From IMG/VR virus record IMGVR_UViG_3300029288_000054, positions 70,607-134,606 of that record: a DNA stretch of 64,000 nucleotides; one strand, 5' to 3'. A program made the translations under genes and the position numbers. How positions within the stretch are numbered: the first letter of the stretch is position 1; each line of letters begins with the position of its first letter. Below the pieces are notes generated by a model. The model saw only the letters and a list, made by a program, of their open reading frames with translations. It had not been told where the DNA came from and did not search any database. Of the stretch, positions 38,001 to 49,100 are shown piece by piece. The stretch is from a virus. Lineage: Duplodnaviria > Heunggongvirae > Uroviricota > Caudoviricetes.

Positions 38001-41000
38001 TTGGTATGTGTATTATCTAGCTACGATTGGCGAGATCGTGTTGATCGAGTCGAATGCTGTAGCAGAAAGCCGTATCGATACTTGGTTGTCCGGCGTGCAT
38101 TATGGTGTTGGTACGAGAGTATCACACTCATATGTTTATGCTTGTGTTAGCAGCCACGTGTCATACGATTTTGATACCGATCTGGCAGCCGGTCGATGGA
38201 TTCAGGTCGATTCGGACGGTCTTGCGACTTTAGATGGCGTTCCTGTTTATGTGCCATCTGGTGATTACAAGGGACATCGCTGGCTCGGCACTATCGTCAT
38301 GGACGATAACGCTGGGACGCCGGTTTATAATCCTGACCGTTTGACGAATTTTTATAATCTTATTGAGCGGCGCAGAGATGGTGAGCAGGTAACAATCAGC
38401 GGCGAGCAAGTTGGAATCGGTTTGTATAATCCAACGGCTCGTCTGCACATCAAAGCAGGTGAGGCAGCACCGGGCGGGGCACCTCTCAAGTTAACGACTG
38501 GCGATGTGCTAGCTGTTCCGGAGCCAGGAGCAGTCGAGTTCATTAGAGACGACGTTTATTTCACCATTACTACAGATGGAGCTAGAAAAGGCTTCGTGTT
38601 GAATGATGGTACTCGTCTTACTCCAAACAGAATACCGTTTGCTGGAACACGTGGTCGCCTAGTTGACAGCACAGGGCTATCATATAGTGCTGCTGATGGG
38701 CTACAAGTCAACGGTGTCCACTCCCAAACGGATCAAGACTTGTTACTTGATGCTTGGGGTACTAACAAGCATGTCATCATTAGCAATCTGAGATTCCCGA
38801 ACACTGACGGTACTACAGGTCAAGTGTTGGTGACTGATGGCTTGCGGCATCTGTCGTGGTCGTCAAATGGCGTATTCGGTGCAACTGGACCCATTGGACT
38901 TACTGGTGCTACTGGTCCTTCTGGCGGACCAGTTGGTGCTACTGGTTCAACTGGACCGGTCGGTTCGGTTGGCCCAATCGGGCCTCGTGGTGCCACTGGT
39001 TTAGGTGCTACTGGCTCTACTGGTCCGGTTGGAGCGTCCGGGCCTGCCGGTGGACCGATTGGAGCAACCGGTGAAGCTGGTCCAGTTGGTGCTACCGGTT
39101 TCACAGGACCGAGAGGTTCTACTGGTATCGGCGACATTGGCTCAACTGGAGCAACTGGTGTTCCAGGTTCTACTGGTCCTTCTGGCGGTCCTGTTGGTGC
39201 AACTGGAGCAACAGGTTTCACCGGCGAAACTGGTGCTACTGGACCTGCTGGTGGTCCTACTGGAGCAACTGGAGCAACTGGTATTGGTCTAACAGGCTCC
39301 ACAGGTGCATACGGCTCTACTGGTGCAACTGGTCTTTCCGGTGCTACTGGTCCTGGTGGAGGACCGACCGGTGCGACCGGTCCTACTGGCGCAATCGGTG
39401 CGACCGGTATGGGTGCCTCAGGTTCGGGTGCTGAAGGTGCTACTGGTCCAGCAGGACAGCCTGGTGCTACTGGTCCAAGTGGTGGCGAACCAGGTGCAAC
39501 TGGCACACATGGTGCGACAGGTGCAACTGGCTGGACCGGCTTTACAGGTGCGACTGGTGCGACTGGTATAGGTATCACTGGTTTACCAGGTGCCAGCGGT
39601 GCAATAGGTGCAACAGGCACACATGGGTCTACTGGCCCTTCTGGTGGTCCAATTGGTGCAACCGGTACACAAGGGTCAAGCGGTATCAGTGGCTCAACCG
39701 GTTATTCTGGTGCTACTGGTGCCACAGGCGTGAGCGTCACTGGTCCTCCTGGTGCTACTGGTCCTTCTGGCGGTCCTGTTGGTGCGACAGGTGCAACCGG
39801 AACTGCTGGCGGTACCGGTGCCACGGGCTGGGGTGGTGCCACAGGCACAAGAGGTGCAACAGGTGCGATTGGCCTGACCGGTTCTACTGGCCTTTCTGGC
39901 GCTAGTGGCATTGGTGCAACAGGTCCACTTGGCCCTATTGGTTCATCTGGTGCGACGGGCTTCATTGGTGCTACTGGTCTTCCTGGTGCATCAGGCCCAT
40001 ATGGTGGCCCAATTGGTGCAACTGGCCCATCTGGTGCTAGCGGTGCTACCGGCTTCGATGGTGCAACCGGATTCACTGGTGCTACCGGATTAGCTGGTTC
40101 AACAGGTGTCGACGGTGCTTCGGGTGCTTCTGGCGCAACAGGTGTTCAGGGAGCAAGCGGTACTCAAGGAGCAAGTGGCTTAGCTGGTGCTACGGGCATC
40201 GGGGCTTCTGGTGCAACAGGTATTGATGGGGCGACAGGCTCAACTGGTCCTATTGGCTTGACTGGAGCAACAGGTATCGACGGAGCTAGCGGCGCTTCTG
40301 GAGCTACAGGCGTTCAAGGAGCAAGCGGCATTGGTGCTTCAGGCGTTCAAGGCGCATCAGGCTTGACCGGATATACCGGTCTTACTGGCTCAACCGGACC
40401 ACAAGGCGCTACTGGTGCTGGCCTCACTGGTGCTACAGGTATCGACGGTGCATCTGGTGCGACTGGGGTACAAGGATCAACAGGCCCGCAGGGTGCGACT
40501 GGACCTGGTGCTTCAGGTGCAACTGGTATTGGTGCTTCTGGTGCGACAGGCTACACTGGTTTTCAAGGCGACCCAGGCCCTCAAGGTGCTAGCGGTGCAA
40601 CAGGCGTCCAAGGTGCTTCTGGTATTGGTGCCACTGGTCTTGAGGGAGCGTCTGGTGCTTCCGGCGCAACTGGTGTTCAAGGAGCAAGTGGTGCTGAAGG
40701 TGCTACAGGGGCAGGAGCCACTGGAGTAGACGGAGCTTCTGGTGCTACAGGCATCGGAGCTACTGGTCCTCAAGGTGCGACTGGACCAGGAGCTACAGGC
40801 ATTGATGGTGCCTCTGGTGCAACAGGCGCAGATGGAGCGACCGGCCCTCAAGGTTCGACAGGACCAGAGGGAGCAACTGGACCCGGAGCTACTGGTATTG
40901 ATGGGGCTTCTGGTGCCACTGGCGTGCAAGGCGCTTCTGGTATCTCTGGTGCATCTGGTACTATTGGAGTTGACGGTGCATCTGGACCAACTGGTTCTAC

Positions 41001-42885
41001 TGGCCCGATCGGTGCGACCGGCATTGGGGCTTCTGGTGCTACTGGCTTTGAGGGAGCATCTGGCGTTGTCGGTGCTTCAGGCCCTCAAGGTGCTACCGGT
41101 ATTGATGGTGCAACCGGCCCTGTTGGTGCTTCCGGTGCTATCGGGGTTATCGGCACGCCGACTATTGGTGATTACACTAGTGGTCTATTTCCGTGGACGC
41201 CGACAACACTTATAGCAGATGCCGAACAGTCTGTGAATGAATTCATGGCAGCACTAGCACCACCATTAGCACCGGAGTTCAGCATGTATGACGGCACGCA
41301 GCTTGGTGTTACCGGCAAGATGAGCTATGATGCTTCGCATATCATAACTGACATCTACGGTGTTGACGGCATCGGCAATCTCACCGCCGTAAATGTTGAT
41401 GAAGCCTTCACAGCAGCGGCATTGACTGGAATGCGAAGAGGCATATTCAGTGCTTCTACAACAACCTTTACTGGCAAGCTTGCTTCCAATGTTCAGCAAG
41501 GCACTGGTGATCCGACACCGGCATATCCGGCTTACGCTTTCAAGGATGGCGATGAAGGCACGTTGGATCTATACATCAACACCGACGCTGCTCCAACTTA
41601 TAGCCTCGACCTCGCTGCCAACCAAGGCTCTGGCACTTATGTTAATGGCGATGGCAGTGGATTTGTGCTGACTGCTGTTACGAGCGAGAAATTCCCGAAC
41701 GGGACTGACTTCACACTATTCAAGTACCGCACTGGCACGTGGGTCGTCGGCGGTAACGATTTGCGAGAAGGTTGGAACTACATTCGCATCACCCACACTG
41801 TCGGCACCAGCAGGCCAGTAGTCAACCTTTATCTCGACTTCGTTCGTGATTTGAATACGACTGCTACAGCTTTCAGCAGCGAATCGATGTCGGGATTCAG
41901 CGGAACAGGCAGTAAGTACCTGTCAGGCGTTGAATTCTACACTGGTGGGTCTGCCACCTACAACAACACCGTTGATAACCTCTACCGGAACACGTATTAT
42001 TCTGGTAGCGATGCATTGGCTTACACGGTCACTAATGCCCAAGCGATTGCCAGCGATACTTTGGCTACCGGTGCTGGTGATGAAGCCAAACAAGTTGTTA
42101 TTAGTAAGACTGCTCATCTCATTGCTTCTGGTACACGATTGATTAGCCAGTCTATGACCGTGAGAACTGTTGCTAAACGGACGGTCCAGACACAACAAAC
42201 TTCAACCGGCGCATCAATCAGCGGAATCTTGTTGGATAACGTAGCAGCAACATCAACTATCACCTTGGAGGGATTTGATGATGAGAACTACCGGTTACCG
42301 TCCGGCAGTGATTTTGATTCTTCCAGCACGGCTGTAACTGGCTCTTGGGATTCCACAATTTCGCTGGTTGATAGTGGATCTTATCCCGATGGTTTGCAAG
42401 AGATAACTAGCCAACTAGTTTATCCGGTGGCGGATTACTCAATCATCCCGAATGGTCCGCCGTCGAACGTCAATTACTCAACAGGAGTGAGTGGCGCTAG
42501 GACATATTACCGATTCTTCGATATGTCGCCAACTGGTCGATCCAATTTCATGATCTCTGTGAATGGAGCTGGCACGATCAGAGCTAATAGCTACAGCATG
42601 ACTAATGGCTCTGATGATCTGAAAGTCGATATCAAGCTGCCCAATGGCAGTGCGGAAGGTACTGGCTGGTTAGATGTGACAGCATTATTTATCAGTGGAA
42701 ACTGGGCTGACGGCGATGGATGTTTGTTGGGTGGAACGTTTGCAATGAATACGCCATTGCAAGCACTCACTGTTGGCACGAAAAATACAGCGGCGACATC
42801 GGTTAATGGCAAGGTCTTTATTCGAATTCGAGTGCCACAGGCGTGGACCGGGAATTTGACGAGCATCACTTTCGCTGGAGTTTAA
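35035..42885 (+). CDS. Giant collagen-like tail fibre/appendage protein (2616 aa): pectin-lyase-type beta-helix, two discoidin (F5/8C) + CBM5/12-like units, collagen rod, C-terminal domain
   Basis: YTSIQEAIN...[16 protein letters not shown] followed by N-rich GIxL repeats; W.AF...YDF...NKY...P..(F/W)...GSN...LD...AYR.Y(K/R) twice; W..G..Y.VG.RV.H..Y.C...H...DF.TDLA.GRW twice; FP..DG..GQVL.TDG...L.W twice; about 760 aa of G-X-Y at ~38878-41155. Confidence 0.85.
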   Translation: MLSNTDRLVTKAAADYTIRVGATDSEYTSIQEAINHAVDKDVIFVKPGVYNENLVVNKLLTIYAEDSDNTTITGDGVTPAVHITAPGGAFKQFGITALSNNQTGIFLDNSASIDSFLIEGCACFGNKNGIELNNSKNNNIGNNVLTGNRQFGILLRDGSDNNTVSANIATGNADGIGVNNSTGNVGEENNVTGNVNTGYSFVYASGNNFSECTTKSNNIGMYFQNSTNNRFHYNEVVDNLDAIKMVASSSNTVESNTILERTVGSSITLDADCSSNRINHNTYRIPAIDLGTDNVFVNNHSLSPSLQYDVATVRYVNSMIQPGGESSDVVCGVLRAINGATLKWKFYSSNHIRLYNTDVSAWEIIEVGTEPTAANTDQDMCGDVLAADLVYDVFAVYNSTLTSFDITFAPWKIVSTDGANNPGTTTCTTTMTSDVTPVPEVVSASSELYGAWNAFSDDPVRYWSSTPTPLATSAFIKYDFNVPTIVNKYALKSNQNIAFPTTFSLAGSNNDIDYTLLDSRTGIVGPGDDAWTTYYTFNNGTAYRYYKLVTNCPADAGYGAMYVELTAVKLVRGLPSNSRANYWITGTNYRVGDRVIHGDAYICLVAHTADDFATDLASGRWVLGDPCGLGIFEGVPVYADSGVYRSYRWLGMVSLYTQGGAANFSNSLISNFYNPIDRNKENGDVVVETGALGNVVLGTIDFPRGDGLPGQVLETDGAGHLNWVNNGADLLSTDVVGGNLHVASPTNLTWNYVESNEIRLFNGSINSWQTVRCATPPSASNIVNDMDATPLMSHRVYDVFGFFRTDTVFELEFAPWKFVPSDGIYNPGTTTCTAKMTGFNSPTPNAIITSSTGVTYADIDNTYYYGWYAFSQLNNNVGWAVQIGGYSYTPGDPFQQPMWITYDFGPTTKKVINKYAWKAKKYYPSLPRDWTVSGSNDNVNWSILDTKVGIDPPPGIGIWSQYFTFNNAIAYRFYRIDVTACTYPWQCSYWYVYYLATIGEIVLIESNAVAESRIDTWLSGVHYGVGTRVSHSYVYACVSSHVSYDFDTDLAAGRWIQVDSDGLATLDGVPVYVPSGDYKGHRWLGTIVMDDNAGTPVYNPDRLTNFYNLIERRRDGEQVTISGEQVGIGLYNPTARLHIKAGEAAPGGAPLKLTTGDVLAVPEPGAVEFIRDDVYFTITTDGARKGFVLNDGTRLTPNRIPFAGTRGRLVDSTGLSYSAADGLQVNGVHSQTDQDLLLDAWGTNKHVIISNLRFPNTDGTTGQVLVTDGLRHLSWSSNGVFGATGPIGLTGATGPSGGPVGATGSTGPVGSVGPIGPRGATGLGATGSTGPVGASGPAGGPIGATGEAGPVGATGFTGPRGSTGIGDIGSTGATGVPGSTGPSGGPVGATGATGFTGETGATGPAGGPTGATGATGIGLTGSTGAYGSTGATGLSGATGPGGGPTGATGPTGAIGATGMGASGSGAEGATGPAGQPGATGPSGGEPGATGTHGATGATGWTGFTGATGATGIGITGLPGASGAIGATGTHGSTGPSGGPIGATGTQGSSGISGSTGYSGATGATGVSVTGPPGATGPSGGPVGATGATGTAGGTGATGWGGATGTRGATGAIGLTGSTGLSGASGIGATGPLGPIGSSGATGFIGATGLPGASGPYGGPIGATGPSGASGATGFDGATGFTGATGLAGSTGVDGASGASGATGVQGASGTQGASGLAGATGIGASGATGIDGATGSTGPIGLTGATGIDGASGASGATGVQGASGIGASGVQGASGLTGYTGLTGSTGPQGATGAGLTGATGIDGASGATGVQGSTGPQGATGPGASGATGIGASGATGYTGFQGDPGPQGASGATGVQGASGIGATGLEGASGASGATGVQGASGAEGATGAGATGVDGASGATGIGATGPQGATGPGATGIDGASGATGADGATGPQGSTGPEGATGPGATGIDGASGATGVQGASGISGASGTIGVDGASGPTGSTGPIGATGIGASGATGFEGASGVVGASGPQGATGIDGATGPVGASGAIGVIGTPTIGDYTSGLFPWTPTTLIADAEQSVNEFMAALAPPLAPEFSMYDGTQLGVTGKMSYDASHIITDIYGVDGIGNLTAVNVDEAFTAAALTGMRRGIFSASTTTFTGKLASNVQQGTGDPTPAYPAYAFKDGDEGTLDLYINTDAAPTYSLDLAANQGSGTYVNGDGSGFVLTAVTSEKFPNGTDFTLFKYRTGTWVVGGNDLREGWNYIRITHTVGTSRPVVNLYLDFVRDLNTTATAFSSESMSGFSGTGSKYLSGVEFYTGGSATYNNTVDNLYRNTYYSGSDALAYTVTNAQAIASDTLATGAGDEAKQVVISKTAHLIASGTRLISQSMTVRTVAKRTVQTQQTSTGASISGILLDNVAATSTITLEGFDDENYRLPSGSDFDSSSTAVTGSWDSTISLVDSGSYPDGLQEITSQLVYPVADYSIIPNGPPSNVNYSTGVSGARTYYRFFDMSPTGRSNFMISVNGAGTIRANSYSMTNGSDDLKVDIKLPNGSAEGTGWLDVTALFISGNWADGDGCLLGGTFAMNTPLQALTVGTKNTAATSVNGKVFIRIRVPQAWTGNLTSITFAGV

Positions 42886-42886
42886 T

Positions 42887-44380
42887 ATGGCGTTGTCAAC
42901 CGATACAATGGCCCAGATGGCGTTGAAATTCCTACTCGGGAAGAGCGACACCAATTATGCACAAAAGGGTCCGAATAACGAGGCCGAGGCGTATAATCTT
43001 ATTATCGCTGCATCTAAGGTCTGGGTCGATATTATACCGACTACGCCACCTGCTCACGATACAGCTATAGTTTCATGTCTTGATGGCGGTTCTGGCAACT
43101 ATGCCAAAGCTGATCTTGTTGCAGATCCAACATCTAACGGCCAGGCATTCTTTGCAGTTTATCCCACTGGCCATCCGAATGTTGGCGAACGAGTTAAGAA
43201 CGCAATCGCACCGAATTATGGCACCGGATATGAAGCACAGTTGTATGCCGGTGCTACATTAATTGGTGGTGGTGATGCAAGAAATTGGATTTATCAATAT
43301 GAATCTGGCGTGCTATTCCAGCAGACCGCTAGTGCATCACCAACACCAACAACAATTAAGCTTTACGTTTATATTGGTGAAACGCTTGCCAGTAAAATCG
43401 CTTCAGGTCTATTGACTGGTGCCACAGGAGCTACAGGTGTCGCCGGAGCGACTGGACCTGTTGGGGCCACAGGTATCGCAGGTGCATCTGGAACGATTGG
43501 TCTCGACGGTGCTTCAGGTGCAACTGGTGTTCAGGGCGCTTCAGGCATCGATGGTGCTTCTGGTTACATTGGCGTCGATGGAGCGTCTGGTGCGACCGGC
43601 CCAATAGGTGCCACTGGCTTAGGTGCTTCTGGTGCCACAGGTGCAGACGGTGCCACAGGGCCGGTTGGTGCTACTGGGCCTATCGGAGCAACCGGTGTTG
43701 ACGGAGCATCAGGTGCCTCGGGAGCTACAGGAGTTCAAGGTGCCTCTGGCGTAATAGGTGTTGATGGAGCATCCGGAGCATCAGGAGCCACAGGTGTTCA
43801 AGGTGCTAGCGGTATCGGTGCTACCGGTATCGACGGTGCCTCTGGAGCTACCGGAGCAACTGGTGTACAGGGTGCATCAGGTCCAACGGGGATTGATGGT
43901 GCTTCTGGTGCCACAGGACCAGTAGGTGCTACCGGTGCAGGTGAGCCTGGTGCGACTGGTTCTATTGGCCCAGATGGTGCATCTGGTGCGACCGGCCCAG
44001 TAGGCGCTACCGGTATTGCTGACTTCATTACCGGAACATTTACTAATGACGATCTAGTTGGTACGATTTTAACGATCACACATACCAGAGGTAATGTAAT
44101 ATTGCCCTTCATAGTAAGCGATGATGACGGCAATAATATAGCATTCGATACGACGGCAGTCATATTTAGCAACAATCAAATTACTATCGATTTTACTGGC
44201 TTTGGGGCGTTGGTTGGGACCTGGAAGTATGCTTTTGGTGGTTCAAGTGCACCGGGTGCAACAGGACCCGCTCCATCTGGGTTGAGCGGCACTAAGATTT
44301 ATTACGTTGCTGATACGAGCGGTGGTTCGCCAACTAGGAAGTTGACTTTCATCAACGGTATCTTGGTGTCCGAAACGTAA
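42887..44380 (+). CDS. Collagen-like fibre protein (497 aa)
   Basis: Globular N-domain, about 200-aa GAT/GAS rod, GTFTNDDL...WKYAFGGSS module, C-terminal LTF.NGIL motif. Confidence 0.85.
   Translation: MALSTDTMAQMALKFLLGKSDTNYAQKGPNNEAEAYNLIIAASKVWVDIIPTTPPAHDTAIVSCLDGGSGNYAKADLVADPTSNGQAFFAVYPTGHPNVGERVKNAIAPNYGTGYEAQLYAGATLIGGGDARNWIYQYESGVLFQQTASASPTPTTIKLYVYIGETLASKIASGLLTGATGATGVAGATGPVGATGIAGASGTIGLDGASGATGVQGASGIDGASGYIGVDGASGATGPIGATGLGASGATGADGATGPVGATGPIGATGVDGASGASGATGVQGASGVIGVDGASGASGATGVQGASGIGATGIDGASGATGATGVQGASGPTGIDGASGATGPVGATGAGEPGATGSIGPDGASGATGPVGATGIADFITGTFTNDDLVGTILTITHTRGNVILPFIVSDDDGNNIAFDTTAVIFSNNQITIDFTGFGALVGTWKYAFGGSSAPGATGPAPSGLSGTKIYYVADTSGGSPTRKLTFINGILVSET
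43757..43858 (+). repeat. 102-bp exact direct repeat, copy 1 (copy 2 at 45115-45216)
   Basis: GGTGTTGATGGAGCATCCGG...GGAGCTACCGGAGCA is identical in two different collagen genes. Confidence 0.85.
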
Positions 44381-44430
44381 GGGCTAATCCGCAATCAAAA
44401 ATCTTGTAGCCCCAATAAGAGGACAAGAAC

Positions 44431-46035
44431 ATGAACTTCCTGAAGTATAGAAATATCAAGCTTGACACCGCACCAACCAACAATCCACCGGCTGGTACGA
44501 TTTATGAGTGGCACACTACCGTAGGTACGGAGGTGTTTGTCCACTATCGCCTACCAGACGGAACGGACGTAACCGGCAACATCAGTGGTGCCACCGGTGC
44601 GACTGGTGTGCCCGGTGCTACTGGTATTTCTGGGGCCACCGGCGTTGATGGTGCTTCAGGTGCTACAGGAGCAGACGGAGCCACTGGCTTAACAGGTGCC
44701 ACTGGTATTTCTGGAGCTACTGGTGTTGACGGAGCTTCAGGAGCCACAGGCGTTCAAGGTGCTTCTGGTATTGCTGGGGCTACTGGTGTTGACGGAGCTT
44801 CAGGTGCGACCGGAGCTGATGGTGCTACGGGCCTAACCGGTGCTACAGGCATCGACGGGGCAAGTGGTGCATCAGGGGCTACTGGCGTACAGGGTGCTTC
44901 TGGTATCGGTGCTACCGGTATCGACGGAGCTTCAGGTGCGACTGGTGCAGATGGAGCCACCGGTTTAACTGGAGCTACAGGAATTGATGGGGCTAGCGGT
45001 GCTTCAGGCGCAACTGGCGTTCAGGGTGCCTCAGGTATCGCAGGAGCAACCGGTGTTGACGGAGCATCAGGTGCGACTGGTGCAGATGGAGCCACCGGTT
45101 TAACAGGTGCCACTGGTGTTGATGGAGCATCCGGAGCATCAGGAGCCACAGGTGTTCAAGGTGCTAGCGGTATCGGTGCTACCGGTATCGACGGTGCCTC
45201 TGGAGCTACCGGAGCAGACGGAGCATCTGGTCTTACTGGTGCTACCGGTATTGACGGTGCTTCTGGTGCTACGGGCGTTCAAGGCGCTTCTGGTATTGGT
45301 GCTACAGGCATCGACGGTGCCTCTGGAGCTACCGGAGCAGACGGAGCATCTGGTCTTACTGGTGCTACCGGTATTGACGGAGCTTCCGGTATCGGTGCGA
45401 CCGGTATTGACGGAGCCTCTGGTGCTACTGGTGCTCAAGGCTCAACAGGACCTATTGGTGCAACTGGTGTCACAGAGTACATCGAAGGTACGTTCACCAA
45501 TGACGATCTGGTTGTCGGGGCAACCGGCCTCTTAACAATCAGCCACACCAAGGGTAATGTCGCGTTGCCATTCATTATCACCGACAACAATGGTGATAAT
45601 GTGACGGTTGATTCGACTGCCGTTAGATTCGCCAATAACCAGATCACGGTCGATCTATACAATAATGGTGCGATTGCTGGAACCTGGAAGTATGCCTTTG
45701 GTGGTTCTTCTGATTCGTACAACATCCAGGGGATTAATCCACAAATAGGTACCACCTACGAACTAGCCATTGGCGATGCCGGTAAGATGGTCACCCTGAC
45801 AAATGCTAATCCAATTACTGTTACTATACCAGCCAGTGGTACAGTAGGCTTCTTGCTTGGTACACGCATTGACCTAGTTCAAGGCGGAGCTGGAAAGGTA
45901 ACAGTTGCCGGTGCATCTGGCGTCGTCGTTAATTCGAAGGCAAGCAATAAGTCAATAGCTGCCACTAATGTGGAGGTCACTCTCAAGAAAGAGGCTACCG
46001 ACACTTGGTATCTGTTCGGTGACTTGATTGCCTAA
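44431..46035 (+). CDS. Collagen-like fibre protein (534 aa)
   Basis: About 300-aa GAT/GAS rod, GTFTNDDL module and a C-terminal YEL...DAGK.V...N...ITVTIP...F..GT.I...Q.GAG.VTV...W.L.GDL domain typical of phage fibres. GAGG RBS. Confidence 0.88.
   Translation: MNFLKYRNIKLDTAPTNNPPAGTIYEWHTTVGTEVFVHYRLPDGTDVTGNISGATGATGVPGATGISGATGVDGASGATGADGATGLTGATGISGATGVDGASGATGVQGASGIAGATGVDGASGATGADGATGLTGATGIDGASGASGATGVQGASGIGATGIDGASGATGADGATGLTGATGIDGASGASGATGVQGASGIAGATGVDGASGATGADGATGLTGATGVDGASGASGATGVQGASGIGATGIDGASGATGADGASGLTGATGIDGASGATGVQGASGIGATGIDGASGATGADGASGLTGATGIDGASGIGATGIDGASGATGAQGSTGPIGATGVTEYIEGTFTNDDLVVGATGLLTISHTKGNVALPFIITDNNGDNVTVDSTAVRFANNQITVDLYNNGAIAGTWKYAFGGSSDSYNIQGINPQIGTTYELAIGDAGKMVTLTNANPITVTIPASGTVGFLLGTRIDLVQGGAGKVTVAGASGVVVNSKASNKSIAATNVEVTLKKEATDTWYLFGDLIA
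45115..45216 (+). repeat. 102-bp exact direct repeat, copy 2
   Basis: Identical to 43757-43858. In addition, 45174-45224 is identical to 46655-46705. Confidence 0.85.
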
Positions 46036-46064
46036 CGCCAAGCGGCGTAAAACTAGATTCTTAC

Positions 46065-46095
46065 CAGCACGGCCCGCAATTCGCGGGCCGTGCTG
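46065..46095 (+). terminator. GC-rich 13-bp hairpin terminator
   Basis: CAGCACGGCCCGC-AATTC-GCGGGCCGTGCTG followed by TTCT. Confidence 0.7.
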
Positions 46096-46181
46096 TTCTG
46101 TAAGTACTATAGGAGCATCTGCCTAACGGCGTATCAAACATATGATAGCAGACCTGCATTAAGCAATAGTAGGTAATAACT

Positions 46182-49100
46182 ATGGATTTCGTAAAATTTC
46201 AAAGCATCAAGTTATCAGATGCACCCGCCCAGGGCGATAATCCACCTCCGGGGGTAGTCTACGAATGGGCTACTGTTGTCGGAACTGATGTTTTGACCCA
46301 TTATCGTCATTCTGATGGAACCGATGTTATAGAGAGTGTCGACGGAGCTACCGGTGCGACTGGGGCTGACGGTGCTTCTGGATTAACTGGTGCGACTGGA
46401 ATCGGTGGGGCTACTGGTATAACGGGATCTTCAGGGGCAGAGGGGGCCACAGGTTTAACCGGTGCTACTGGTATAGGTGCTTCAGGTGCTACTGGGGCTG
46501 ATGGAGCCACGGGCTTAACTGGTGCTACCGGTGCTGGTATCGATGGAGCCACTGGTCTTTCTGGTGCTAGCGGTGCTACTGGTATAGGTGCATCGGGAGC
46601 TACTGGGGCTGACGGAGCCACAGGCCCGCAGGGTGCTACCGGCGTTGGGATTGACGGTGCTACCGGTATCGACGGTGCCTCTGGAGCTACCGGAGCAGAC
46701 GGAGCCACTGGCTTAATCGGTGCCACAGGCTTAACCGGTGCCACAGGTCTTGGTGCTTCTGGTGCAACTGGGTCCGCTGGTGTCGATGGTGCTACCGGTA
46801 TCAACGGTGCCTCTGGAGCCACTGGGACTCAGGGTGCTTCTGGTGCCATCGGAGCAACGGGAGCTGGTATCGACGGGGCTACTGGTGTCGACGGGGCATC
46901 TGGAGCCACCGGTGCCGATGGTGCAACGGGATTAACAGGAGCCACCGGAGCTGGTATAGACGGGGCCACAGGTGTAGACGGGGCCTCTGGGGCTACAGGA
47001 ACAGACGGAGCATCGGGAGCGACTGGTACCCAGGGTGCATCCGGGGCTATCGGAGCCACTGGTGTTGGGATCGACGGCGCTACAGGCCCACAGGGTATTG
47101 ATGGGGCTTCAGGTGCCACAGGCGTCCAAGGTGCTAGCGGTGCTATCGGAGCCACTGGTGTTGGGATCGATGGTTCTACTGGCGTCGATGGGGCGTCTGG
47201 TGCTACAGGAGTAGACGGAGCATCAGGTGCCACAGGTACACAAGGAGCTTCAGGTACTGCCGGTGCTACTGGCACTGGTCTTGATGGTGCATCTGGTGCC
47301 ACAGGTATACAGGGAGCTTCAGGCCCTCAAGGCGAAACTGGTGGAGCATCTGGTCCTGCTGGTTCTACTGGTCCTGTCGGCGTTGACGGTGCTTCTGGTA
47401 CTGTTGGAGCGACAGGTGCTACTGGTGCTGGTATTGATGGTGCATCCGGCCCACAAGGTATCGATGGAGCTTCAGGTGCAACCGGTGTACAAGGAGCTTC
47501 TGGTACTGCTGGTGCGACTGGTGCTGGTGTCGACGGTGCTTCTGGAATTGCAGGGTCAACCGGTCTTGATGGTGCATCTGGTGCTACAGGCCCACAAGGT
47601 GAAACTGGTGGAGCATCTGGTCCTTCAGGTGCCACTGGTGCTACCGGTTCAGAGGGTGTTTCTGGTGCAACAGGTACAGTAGGTGCGTCAGGCCCTGGTA
47701 CTGCAGATGGTGCCTATAATTCCGGCACAACGACTGCTACTGGCCAGATGACATCGATGACAGAACCAGCACCTTATGAGGTGATTGTTAGCTCTACTGG
47801 TATCATCTATAAGGAAATAGACAACGATTATTTATATGGTTGGTATGCTTTCGACCAGATAACGCGATCGATTGGTTGGGGTGTTTGTATTGGTGGTTCC
47901 GGATACACACCAGGCGATCCGTTCGAAACAGCGATGTGGGTGATATACGACTTTAGTGATGGACAGAAGAAAGTCATTAACAAGTATGCATTCTATGCAA
48001 GAATACTCAATACAGCATTGCCACGCGATTGGACGTTATCAGGTTCCAATGATAATTCAAATTGGACGGTGCTTGATGCGAGAACGGGAGTTGAACCACC
48101 TGGCTCGACAGTAACATGGTCTGATTACTTCACATTCTATAACAGTGTAGCCTATCGCTACTACAAGATCGACGTAACCAAATGTACATATCCATACTAT
48201 CATCAATATAACAGTGTGCCATATTGGTTTGCGGAAATCGGCCAGCTAAAACTTGTCGAATATCCGATGGTTTATGGTGCGACTGGATATACCGGCGCGA
48301 CTGGATACACCGGTGCTACTGGTATTCAAGGTGAAACTGGCGGAGCATCTGGTCCTTCAGGTGCCACAGGTGCTACAGGCATTGGAGCCACAGGCCCACA
48401 AGGTGCCACTGGTGCTGGTGTCACTGGAGCTACTGGCCCAACGGGTGCTACAGGTATCCAAGGTGAAACAGGTGGAGCATCTGGACCTGAAGGTCCCACA
48501 GGAGCATCTGGAGTTCAAGGCGCAACAGGTATCCGTGGCGCTTCAGGTGCTTCAGGCGCAACAGGACCTGAAGGACAAATCGGTGCTACAGGCATTCAGG
48601 GCGAGACTGGCGGTGCATCTGGGCCTTCTGGAGCTTCGGGTGCTTCAGGGGCAACGGGTGTTCAAGGTGCTTCAGGATCTATTGGCGCTACCGGTCTCGG
48701 TGCTTCTGGGGCTACTGGACTTACTGGTGCCACCGGCGTACAAGGCCAGACAGGTACCGGTGTTAATGGTGCAACAGGATCAACAGGACCTGTTGGGGCA
48801 ACTGGTGAAACAGGCTCTACAGGTCCGCAAGGAGAAACAGGCGGAGCATCAGGCCCTGTCGGTGCTTCGGGACCGCAAGGTGAAACCGGAGCTACCGGTC
48901 CTGTCGGTTTAAATGGTGCTTCTGGATCGACTGGTCCTGTTGGTGCTTCGGGTGCTACTGGCCTCACTGGTGCTAGTGGTGTCGGCTTAACTGGTGCGAC
49001 AGGACCAGGTGCTACTGGCCTTACCGGCGCAACAGGTGTAACAGGCTCATCAGGCCCGCAAGGTGAAACTGGTGGAGCATCAGGACCTGCTGGAGCATCT

